Assembly (NCBI GenBank): GCA_023428025.1
Contig: JAEYZN010000031.1
Coordinates: forward strand, 8,948 to 72,947
DNA length: 64,000 nt
Source of the DNA: Bacillota bacterium
Lineage (GTDB): Bacteria; Bacillota; Clostridia; Christensenellales; SZUA-584
Direction of reading: 5' to 3'
Shown: piece by piece, positions 10,073-18,194 of the stretch
How the letters are laid out: every line of letters starts with the position of its first letter
Numbering within the stretch: the stretch's first letter is position 1
Position numbers and translations under genes: made by a program
The notes under the pieces: generated by a model
The model's input: the letters and a program-made list of their open reading frames with translations, nothing else
Databases searched by the model: none
Told to the model about the DNA's origin: nothing

Positions 10073-10846
10073 ATGCGTAATGTGGTTGTGACGGGCGCCG
10101 CGTCCGGCGTGGGGCTGGCGGCGACGAAGGCGTTTCTGGCGCTGGGCGACAAAGTCTTCATGACGGACTGGAAGGCGGATCAGCTGGAGGCTGTACGCGC
10201 CGAACTGGACAAAGCGTATCCGGGCATGGTGTTGGCCAAGGCGGGCGACGTCGGCCGGTGGGAAGACGTGGCGGCGCTGGCTGGTCTGGTGAAGGGCCAT
10301 GGCGGCGCGGATGTGCTGGCCAACTGCGCGGGCGTGTTCCGCGTGGGGCAGATCGAAGACGCGCCGGAGGAGGATTACGACTTCCAGTTTGACGTTAACG
10401 TGAGGGGAACGTTCCACACGATGAAGGCGTTTGGCCCGCAGATGCTGGCCAAGAAGAAAGGCGCCGTCATCAACGTATCGTCGGTTTCCGGCATGGGCGG
10501 CGACTATAACATGTCTCTTTACTGCGCGACAAAGGGCGCGGTGATCGCGATGTCCAGGGCGGTGGCGATGGATTACTCGATGAAGGGCGTCAGGGTCAAC
10601 ATCATATCGCCGTCGGCCGTGAAAACGCCGATGTTTTTGACGGGCGCCACGGAAAAAGTGCTGGAGAGCTTCCGCATGAACATGCCGGCGCGGGCGCTCT
10701 GCGAGCCGGAATACTGCGCGAACGTCATCGTTTATCTGGCGTCGGACCAAGCCACGCACCTGTGCGGCGTCAACATCCCGGTGGACGGCGGGCTGTCGGC
10801 ATGGAACGGGCAGCCCAACCAGGAGAAGACGGACACGGGCTTATAG
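10073..10846 (+). CDS. SDR-family oxidoreductase
   Basis: MRNVVVTGAASGVGLA (TGxxxGxG), NCAG and the catalytic YCATKGA (YxxxK). AAGGAGG lies upstream of ATG 10073; the ORF-track start 9971 overlaps the previous gene. Confidence 0.85.
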   Translation: MRNVVVTGAASGVGLAATKAFLALGDKVFMTDWKADQLEAVRAELDKAYPGMVLAKAGDVGRWEDVAALAGLVKGHGGADVLANCAGVFRVGQIEDAPEEDYDFQFDVNVRGTFHTMKAFGPQMLAKKKGAVINVSSVSGMGGDYNMSLYCATKGAVIAMSRAVAMDYSMKGVRVNIISPSAVKTPMFLTGATEKVLESFRMNMPARALCEPEYCANVIVYLASDQATHLCGVNIPVDGGLSAWNGQPNQEKTDTGL

Positions 10847-11143
10847 GCAACAGGTAAAAGCATGGCATGTGGCGGGCGGGTGCAATTGGACTGACAGGAC
10901 GAAAGGCTGCCGCGCCCGCTCCGGCCTGCTTGAGAATAATGGCAGGGAAATCATCTGCTGTGTATCGGCAATCGTTATCTGGAATATCAACCGGCCATTA
11001 TCAAGGTGGATAATGGCGCGGCGTGTGAAGCCCGGAAAGAGTGCTTTTCGGGGTGTGGTTTGAGTCGCCATTTTCAGCAATCCGCAAGGATGCGCAAGTG
11101 GCCCCTCATAGAGATAGCCATGTCGAGCAATGAGGAGGAAGCA

Positions 11144-12544
11144 ATGATGATTCGGAAACGCAAACCGATAATTGGACTTTTGGGAATTATGCACGGCCTG
11201 TACGACGTGGACCAACCGGAGCTGCCACGCGAGCAGGAAGCCTGGATCTCCGATGTGGTGAACCGTCTTGCGGATGTTTGCGAGATCGACTTTCCCGGGG
11301 CCGCGAAGGACAGAACGGCGATCGAGCGCATCGTCGGGGCGTTTAATGAAAAGAAGTATGACGGCATCATGGTGGTGAACCTGCTTTACAGCCCCGGCAT
11401 GCGGGTGGTGCAGGCCTTCAAGGATAACCGGCTGCCGGTGCTCATCGCCAACATACAGCCGCTGCCCACTGTCACGGCGGACTGGGATTGGAAGCGCTGC
11501 ACGACGAACCAGGGCATCCACGGCATACAGGACACGGCCAATATGATACTGCGCCTGGGCGTCGAGCCTGTGATCGTCACAGAGGATTGGGAGAGCGCCC
11601 GATTCCATGATTTTGTGTCCGACTGGGCGGCGGCCGCGATGACAGCCAGGGAGTTGAAACGGCGGCGGGCCTGCGTGATGAGCAAGATGCAGGGCATGGG
11701 CGACATACTGGGCGACGAGGTCGCGTACTTCAGGATGCTGGGGATCGAGGTGTATCACGAAGGCATGGGCGGCGTGGTGCGCTGCATGGATAAGGTGACC
11801 GAGGCTGAGGTGGGCGCGTATGTGGCGCTGGACAGACAGAACTTCGAGATATCGCCGGAGCTGCCCGAGGCGTCTCACCGCTATGCGGCCAGGCTCCAGC
11901 TTGCGTTTGAAAGATTCCTGGATGAAAACGGCTATGACGCGTTTTCGGCGAACTTCAACGCCTACAAGGACGACGGGCGTATCAGCCAGCTGCCGATACT
12001 GGGCGCGACCAACATGCTGGCGAAGGGCTACGGCTACGCGGCCGAGGGCGACGTGCACATCATGGCGGTGACGATGATGGGGCATCTCATCGATGAAAAC
12101 CCGCACTTCACCGAGATGTATTCGCTGGACTTCAAGCGAGACGCCACGTTCCTGTCGCACATGGGCGAGGGCAACTGGAGGGTGGCGCGCAAAGACAGGC
12201 CCATCCGGCTGATCGACAGGCCGCTGGACATCGGCGGCCGTGACAATCCGCCCACGCCGATCTACTCGGCGGAACCGGGCCGGGGCACCATCGTGTCGCT
12301 GGTTCCCGTGGAGGGCGACTATTTCCGGCTGGTGGTGTCTCCCGGCACCGTTCTTGACACGGAAGAGATGCCGAACATGCGCATGAATTACACGTTCTTC
12401 CGCCCGGATACCGGTGTGAAGAGCGCGATGGACAACTGGCTGAGATACGGCGGCACACACCATCAGGTGCTGTTCCTTGGGGATGCGGCGAACAAGTTCA
12501 AAATGCTGTGCCATATCATGGGGATCGAATACGCCGAAGTGTAA
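11144..12544 (+). CDS. L-arabinose isomerase-family (AraA-like) sugar isomerase, specificity unknown
   Basis: GYGYAAEGDVHIMA and SHMGEGNW align with the E. coli AraA blocks GYGFAGEGDWKTA and SHMLEVCP (from memory). GAGGAGGA precedes ATG 11144. Confidence 0.7.
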   Translation: MMIRKRKPIIGLLGIMHGLYDVDQPELPREQEAWISDVVNRLADVCEIDFPGAAKDRTAIERIVGAFNEKKYDGIMVVNLLYSPGMRVVQAFKDNRLPVLIANIQPLPTVTADWDWKRCTTNQGIHGIQDTANMILRLGVEPVIVTEDWESARFHDFVSDWAAAAMTARELKRRRACVMSKMQGMGDILGDEVAYFRMLGIEVYHEGMGGVVRCMDKVTEAEVGAYVALDRQNFEISPELPEASHRYAARLQLAFERFLDENGYDAFSANFNAYKDDGRISQLPILGATNMLAKGYGYAAEGDVHIMAVTMMGHLIDENPHFTEMYSLDFKRDATFLSHMGEGNWRVARKDRPIRLIDRPLDIGGRDNPPTPIYSAEPGRGTIVSLVPVEGDYFRLVVSPGTVLDTEEMPNMRMNYTFFRPDTGVKSAMDNWLRYGGTHHQVLFLGDAANKFKMLCHIMGIEYAEV

Positions 12545-12587
12545 AGACCATCTGTGAATATATCATGGATAGATTTGAGGTGAAAAC

Positions 12588-13262
12588 ATGAAAAGATCCG
12601 AAATAAACAGGATTATGCAGGAAGCGCTGGATTTCATGAAGGAGATGAAGTACAACGCGCCGCCGTTTGTCTACTGGACGCCAAAGGACTGGCAAGACAA
12701 AAACAGCGAATACGACGAGGTTCGCGACTGCATGCTGGGATGGGACATCACCGATTTCGGCAGCGGCGACTACCACAAGTGCGGGCTGCTGATGATCACC
12801 ATGCGCAACGGCGTGAAGCAAAGCGATACCTATTTCAAGCCGTATGCCGAAAAGGTTTTGATCGTGGAGGAAGGACAGGTGACACCGTTCCACTACCACT
12901 GGTCGAAGATGGAGGATATCATCAACCGCGGGGGCGGGAACCTGATGGTGCAGCTGCACAACCGCGCGGCGGACGACGGGCTGGCGGACACGCCGGTGAC
13001 GGCCATGGTGGACGGCCGTCGCTTCACCGTGCCCGCAGGAATGATATTGACCATCGGCCCCGGGGAGAGCATCACGCTGCCGCCCGGCCAATATCACAAG
13101 TTCTGGGCGGAGGGCGGCAGGCTCTTCATCGTGGAGGTTTCGAGCGTGAATGAGGACAACACGGATAACCGTTTTCTGGACGCGCCCGCCCGCTTCCCCG
13201 ACATTGAGGAGGATGAAGCGCCGCAGCATCTGATGTTCAACGAGTATCCGCCCGCGAAATAG
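12588..13262 (+). CDS. D-lyxose/D-mannose ketol-isomerase (cupin)
   Basis: 224 aa. KPYAEKVLIVEEGQVTPFHYHWSKMEDIINRGGGNL is the characteristic D-lyxose isomerase cupin block. Confidence 0.8.
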   Translation: MKRSEINRIMQEALDFMKEMKYNAPPFVYWTPKDWQDKNSEYDEVRDCMLGWDITDFGSGDYHKCGLLMITMRNGVKQSDTYFKPYAEKVLIVEEGQVTPFHYHWSKMEDIINRGGGNLMVQLHNRAADDGLADTPVTAMVDGRRFTVPAGMILTIGPGESITLPPGQYHKFWAEGGRLFIVEVSSVNEDNTDNRFLDAPARFPDIEEDEAPQHLMFNEYPPAK

Positions 13263-13329
13263 GCGCCATAACAGTATAGATTCAGATTTTTCCGAATTAC
13301 CCAGAATGTATTGATTTTAGGCCGTTCCT

Positions 13330-13360
13330 GCTGCGGAGCGGCCATTTTTCTGCCTGCGCG
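13330..13360 (+). terminator. intrinsic terminator of the LacI-linked sugar operon
   Basis: Stem ggccgttcc (13330-13338) / ggagcggcc (13345-13353) with one G-U pair and a 6-nt loop, followed by atttttc. Confidence 0.6.
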
Positions 13361-13471
13361 AGGGCGGTGGTAAATATGGCCGGGCTCAGACGGCCGAACC
13401 GGTATACATCATAAATCTGATTTTCTCCATATATAATCTGGTGCAAGCCGGCGTTACGGTCAATGTTCCGG

Positions 13472-13498
13472 ACAAACAAAAACCCCTTCGTAAAGGGG
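13472..13498 (-). terminator. intrinsic terminator immediately downstream (minus strand) of the tRNA-Ser 3'-end copy
   Basis: The minus strand reads cccctt-tacg-aagggg followed by tttttgtttgt. In plus-strand coordinates the stem is 13483-13498 and the U-tract is 13472-13482. Confidence 0.65.
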
Positions 13499-13506
13499 AT
13501 TGTCGC

Positions 13507-13527
13507 TGGCGGAGAGCGTGGGATTCG
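13507..13527 (-). repeat. direct-repeat copy of the tRNA-Ser 3' end (island boundary, att remnant)
   Basis: tggcggagagCgtgggattcg compared with tggcggagagAgtgggattcg at 36265-36285. Identity is 20/21, in the same orientation. Confidence 0.8.
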
Positions 13528-13704
13528 CTCCGCCTGCCTGACGGCAGGCTATCACGCCGGGGCGCGCTGCTTCATCTGCCGCCGGCAGCGCAGAGCGCCC
13601 GTTCGAATCCATCCATGCCAAAACAAAAGGATACGGCTGACGGCGCACTGTTTTGACTTGTATCATATCGACGAAACAGATGCAGCCTCGACGCGGATAT
13701 AAAA

Positions 13705-13737
13705 ATATCGCGAACCGGTAAAAGCGATTCGCGATAT
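13705..13737. repeat. palindromic motif, copy B (ATATCGCGAAccggtaaaagcgaTTCGCGATAT)
   Basis: 32/33 identical to 1942-1974. Perfect 10-bp arms. Confidence 0.85.
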
Positions 13738-13751
13738 GGCTCCGGCCCTGC

Positions 13752-13766
13752 CGCTGGCGGAGAGAG
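13752..13766 (-). repeat. second, shorter tRNA-Ser 3'-end-like copy
   Basis: cgctggcggagagag. Its 12 nt tggcggagagag equal the tRNA end, and the cgc flank is shared with the copy at 13504-13516 but not with the tRNA itself. Confidence 0.5.
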
Positions 13767-14123
13767 ATGCCGCCGAATACCAGCATTTATAACTGAACAG
13801 GCATGGAGAAGAAGTCGTTTGGCCTAATAATTGAGAGGCTCGGTTGTAAGATAAAGAGTTGCCTTGAAGAGTCCATAATTGACCAATATAAACTATTTTA
13901 TGACATATCTAAGTTGCTGGAGCGTCATTGATAGGCCTTCCTCCGCAACCGCCTTATACGGCAGAAAAGCCGAGTTGATTCTTCATCCTCGCCATCCGCA
14001 AAAGCAACCTCAAAAACCGTATTTAAACCAGCCGCTTGAGGTTCATGGCTATAACCGCCACCATTATCCCCGCACAGACGTGTTTGCAATTATTATATCA
14101 GATATAATCCGTTTCTTCAGCGT

Positions 14124-14470
14124 TCATCGCAGTTTTGCCCTTGCGGAGGAATCGATGGCGTCCAGTTGGTTAAGATATTCCTTAACGCGAGCTTAGTAGA
14201 TACGTAGGAACTTGTTAGCGGCAACCATCATGTAAACATAGTAGCGCTTCCCCTCAGATCGTTTCTTGTCGAGAAATTCATATACCGGTTCGTCGGAACG
14301 GGATTTTTGCATGATGCAGAATATGACCTCATACAGTGTTTTCCTTAAAGATGACGAACTACGTTTTGAGATACTGCGGTTTTTTGCCTCAAACGTTCCG
14401 GATTGATACGGCCAAGAAGCTTGGTACAATTATTCTTTGGCATGGTGCCACATGACCACAGGATTCAATA
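14124..14470 (-). pseudogene. IS110-family transposase, C-terminal remnant with in-frame stops
   Basis: PYQSGTFEAKNRSISKRSSSSLRKTLYEV...PVYEFLDKKRSEGKRYYVYMMVAANKFLRIY*ARVKEYLNQL. A TAA at 14193-14195 interrupts the conserved RIYYARVKEYL-type tail. A further stop lies just upstream of 14429, and the N-terminal catalytic half is missing. Confidence 0.6.
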
Positions 14471-14536
14471 TAGATATCTTCAGCCTTTCGAGTTATAATA
14501 ATAATCAGATTTCTCACACCACATATGACAGTCGGA

Positions 14537-14796
14537 ACTATTTATAGCGTGGAGGGAGAGACCTCTGAATCCGTCCTGATATTCTTAAAGCAAAGGCCAA
14601 ACAGAAGGACGTTTATAGGACTTTAATTAGCCAAGGCTCTTACGCCGACAATGAAGAGATGCGAATCGTATATGTAGGGATGACTCAACCACGGAGATTA
14701 TTGATGTTGGCGGGGCCGGTGAAAGACGCTGTTGCTTGGCTAGTATTGTTTAACGCCTTAAGCCTGCAATTTGTAGAAGAAGAGCAGCTTCTATGA
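14537..14796 (+). pseudogene. SF1 (UvrD/RecD-like) helicase C-terminal fragment, frameshifted
   Basis: Frame 2 gives TIYSVEGETSESVLIFL (motif-V-like). Frame 1 gives EEMRIVYVGMTQPRRLLMLAG (motif-VI-like; compare RLLYVGxTRA). The frame switches near 14585-14590 and there is no N-terminal part. Confidence 0.45.
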
Positions 14797-15217
14797 GTAG
14801 GCATCTTGATACATTAAAAAAGATCTGCTATTATAATTAAAATTTATTAGGTTAATTCATCAGATGTAAGTCCATAAAACGGTCAATTAAGGTGATTTGA
14901 TACAGAAAGATGCTTGCAGAGACTATCTGTCTAAGCTGTGATGACCGGACGGATTTATATATGCCCTGTATGCCGCCGCCGAGAGTATTATCACATTACG
15001 GCATAGGTAAGAAGCATTTGCAGAGTCACTTGACGAATTCTGTTATCTGTTTAATCGCGGAGCCATGGGTAGCGTGATATTGACAGACTGCTTCTTGCCG
15101 CGACACAGTCAGCGCCATGAGATGCGCTGACTTATCTTAATCGCCATATTATGATAGTGTTTTAACGTTTGTACTCTTTACACCGACAACTTACATTAAC
15201 CACAGTTCAGGAAGTAT

Positions 15218-17014
15218 ATGAAAAAGATGACGTTCAAGAATTGGAGCATAAAAAATAAACTGCTTTTATATTTTATTTTGATTGCAATTGCATCAATTTT
15301 AGCTGCGGGAATTATCATCAATGCGTTGTTCTCAAATGCGCTGGAAAATGCTTCATATGAATCAACAAAAGTCGCGATTGGGCAAATAAATAATAGTATT
15401 GATTATTCCATTCTGAATTATGAAAATATAATAGATGTTATTGGAAGGAACACACAGGTTATTCGATACATGAGAGGAAACAGCGGACAATCTGCTTCTG
15501 AAGAATGGGGGCTGTTAGAAGCCAATATAAAAAGCTTGATTGATGACTTCCAATATAAGTATTATGGTATTGAAGGCATAGCAATCATAGGACATGATGG
15601 CTCCTTCATAAGCAACGAATTAAGCCCTGTTCAGCAAGAATTATTGGTTAATGAATCGTGGTATACAGAATCTATCGCCAAAACGGAGAAGTTGAATATT
15701 TTTGGTGATATGGGTACCCGTAATATCAAACGCACAGAACAGATAAGTACCAATGATTATTTTACCATTACCAAAGCGATTAAAGACCCTGCAACGAATT
15801 GGCCCATGGGTGTAATAGTCGTAGATTTGAATATCAAGCTTCTGGAAAACTTGGTGAAAAGCACACGGATTGGGAAGAATGGATTTGTTTATATTATAGA
15901 TTCGCAGGATAAAATTATATATTCCCCAAACGAAAAAGTGACATGTCGGGTCAAACAGGAGTGGTTTGGTGATGACAGGACATTTATTAAAATATTAAAG
16001 GGGGCACCATATCAGTTTATTTTCACATCTTCTTTTTATACGGAATGGAAGATTGTTGGTGTATTATATCAAAGTGAGACGATTGCGGAGGTATTAAAAC
16101 TCAGGCTTTATTTACTATATATTCTGATCGGAATATGTTTACTTGCGATTCCTGCATCGATAATGTTATCTTCAAATATCGCAAAACCAATTAAAAAGCT
16201 TCAAATGCTGATGAAACAAGCAGAACAGGGTACATTGGATGTCAGGTTTAATGCAAAGAGCCAAGATGAGATTGGCCAGCTTGGAAACAGTTTCAACAAA
16301 ATGCTGATCGAGATTAAAGAGCTCATGAACGAAATTTATAAGGAGCAGCGAAGCAAGCGAAAAGCTGAATTGCGTATTCTGCAGTCTCAAATCAAGCCGC
16401 ACTTCTTATACAACACATTGGATACGATTCATTGGATGTGCAAGAAATACGAGGCCAAAGATATTATTGAGATCGTGAATGCGCTGACAAAACTATTCCG
16501 CCTTGCGCTCAGTAAAGGTAAGGAAACGATCAGCCTGAAAGAAGAGCTTGAGCATGTTGGGAGCTATCTTATTATACAGAAGGAAAGATATGAAGACCTG
16601 ATAAGCTATGAGATTATTGAAAACGAGCAAATTGGCAGCTTAATGGTGCAAAAGCTCATATTGCAGCCGCTGGTCGAAAATGCAATCTATCATGGACTAA
16701 AGATAAAGAAAGACAAGGGAAGGATCACAGTATCCTCGGAGATAGAGAATGATGTATTATTATTAAAAGTGGAAGATAATGGTATTGGAATTGAAGAAGA
16801 AAAACTCAAGGAGCTGAACGAAATGCTGCAAAGCCAGAGGGATCGCCAAGACGGCTACGGCATATTTAATGTCAATGACAGAATTAAACTCACGTATGGC
16901 GATAAATATGGGCTGGATCTTTACAGTAAGTATGGCGCTGGTACCATAGCGGTGATAAAGCATCCGATCATTGAGGAGGGGGCAATCCATGTTAAAAGTT
17001 TTAATCGCGGATGA
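15218..17014 (+). CDS. sensor histidine kinase, LytS/YesM type (extracytoplasmic sensor domain + HAMP)
   Basis: 598 aa. Two TM segments flank a sensor domain of about 270 aa. HAMP region, H-box IKPHFLYNTLDTI, N-box LVENAIYHG and G-box VEDNGIGI. Confidence 0.9.
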   Translation: MKKMTFKNWSIKNKLLLYFILIAIASILAAGIIINALFSNALENASYESTKVAIGQINNSIDYSILNYENIIDVIGRNTQVIRYMRGNSGQSASEEWGLLEANIKSLIDDFQYKYYGIEGIAIIGHDGSFISNELSPVQQELLVNESWYTESIAKTEKLNIFGDMGTRNIKRTEQISTNDYFTITKAIKDPATNWPMGVIVVDLNIKLLENLVKSTRIGKNGFVYIIDSQDKIIYSPNEKVTCRVKQEWFGDDRTFIKILKGAPYQFIFTSSFYTEWKIVGVLYQSETIAEVLKLRLYLLYILIGICLLAIPASIMLSSNIAKPIKKLQMLMKQAEQGTLDVRFNAKSQDEIGQLGNSFNKMLIEIKELMNEIYKEQRSKRKAELRILQSQIKPHFLYNTLDTIHWMCKKYEAKDIIEIVNALTKLFRLALSKGKETISLKEELEHVGSYLIIQKERYEDLISYEIIENEQIGSLMVQKLILQPLVENAIYHGLKIKKDKGRITVSSEIENDVLLLKVEDNGIGIEEEKLKELNEMLQSQRDRQDGYGIFNVNDRIKLTYGDKYGLDLYSKYGAGTIAVIKHPIIEEGAIHVKSFNRG

Positions 17015-18194
17015 CGAACCCAAAATACGAAAAGGCCTCAGGGAAGCGTTTCAATGGAGCGACATGGGAATGGAGGTTGTCGCATTAGCTGAAGATGGAG
17101 TTGAGGCGCTTAATGCGGCAAAGGAACACCATCCGGATGTCTGCCTGATCGATATTTGCATGCCTGGCCTCAATGGGTTAGAGTTGATAGAAAGACTGAA
17201 AAATATTAACCCGTATGGTGTGAATATAATTGTATCTGGACATGAGGAGTTTGAATACGCAAAATCAGCCATAAACCTTGGGGTTTATGATTATGTGTTA
17301 AAGCCTGTCATTGAAGAGGATTTAAAGAAAATACTTATTAAAGCGGCGGATATTATTGAAAAGGAACGAATCAAAAGGAAGCGGTATGAATGGGCAGAAA
17401 AACAGCTCATGAAAAATATGGCTGTGCTCAAGGACCGTTTTATGCGCGAGTGGCTGGAGGGCTCGTTAAGCAAAGAGGAAATTGAGGAGCAGCTGGTTTT
17501 TTTCAATATAAAGCTTTCCGGTGATATCGGATTGCTTGTGTTAAATACTCAAACAAGCAACCAGCATGACAACCTGCTTTCCGAAAAGCAGGCACATGTT
17601 TTTTCTTTTGTGTTACAGCATTTGTTGGAAGAACGCCTGAGCAAGTTTCCAAACAAAGTGATTACAAGTGATAGCCAAAACAATATTCTTACAGTGGTTG
17701 AAAACGCTGATTTCGACGGGCTTCAAAGAATCTCAAAAAGCATTGAGCAGGAGATCAAAGACAAGCTACAATATGAATGCAGAATATTTTGTTTAAACGC
17801 TGGAAATATATATTCCGAACTGTGTTTATACTATGAGGAAGTTTTAAAAGAAATTGATGAGGCAGCCGACCGCCTGCCTATCATTACAAAAATCACAGAC
17901 TATGTGGAACGGCACTTCAATGAAATGGACTTGGGCTTGAACAGCATTGCCGAGAAATACTCATGGAGCCTTGCGCATTTAAGCCGTGTGTTTAAACGTG
18001 AAATGGGTATTACTTTTATGGAATTTTTAATAAAGGTTCGCATGCGTGAGGCGATAAAGCTTCTGACCAAGACGGATATGCGTATCTATGAAATCGCGGA
18101 AAAAGTGGGTTATCAGAGTCAACACTATTTTTGCGCGCGGTTTAAGAAGATATTTGGTATTGCTCCCACTGAATACCGAGACAAGGCGGAGTGA
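16989..18194 (+). CDS. response regulator with AraC-type HTH output (YesN type)
   Basis: MLKVLIADDEPKIRKGL...DVCLIDICMPGLNG receiver domain. C-terminal AraC HTH YEIAEKVGYQSQHYFCARFKKIFGIAPTEYR. ATG 16989 follows GAGGAGGGGG and overlaps the kinase end. Confidence 0.9.
   Translation: MLKVLIADDEPKIRKGLREAFQWSDMGMEVVALAEDGVEALNAAKEHHPDVCLIDICMPGLNGLELIERLKNINPYGVNIIVSGHEEFEYAKSAINLGVYDYVLKPVIEEDLKKILIKAADIIEKERIKRKRYEWAEKQLMKNMAVLKDRFMREWLEGSLSKEEIEEQLVFFNIKLSGDIGLLVLNTQTSNQHDNLLSEKQAHVFSFVLQHLLEERLSKFPNKVITSDSQNNILTVVENADFDGLQRISKSIEQEIKDKLQYECRIFCLNAGNIYSELCLYYEEVLKEIDEAADRLPIITKITDYVERHFNEMDLGLNSIAEKYSWSLAHLSRVFKREMGITFMEFLIKVRMREAIKLLTKTDMRIYEIAEKVGYQSQHYFCARFKKIFGIAPTEYRDKAE

Noticed and set aside
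8557-13229. Minus-strand ORFs of 237-557 aa (8557..9636, 9728..10759, 10841..12514, 12516..13229) covering the sugar operon.
   Set aside because: All are antisense to plus-strand genes with strong family motifs. Their His/Arg/Pro-rich translations are typical of GC-rich shadow frames.
13590-13625. tRNA-like strings (cgcccgttcgaatccatccatgcca) suggesting a plus-strand tRNA 3' end.
   Set aside because: I could not form a T stem or an acceptor stem by hand folding. It is probably debris of an old att or tRNA fragment. It needs tRNAscan-SE or Infernal to be sure.
13879-14196. 105-aa plus-strand ORF.
   Set aside because: It overlaps the IS110 remnant encoded on the opposite strand and has no motifs or SD.
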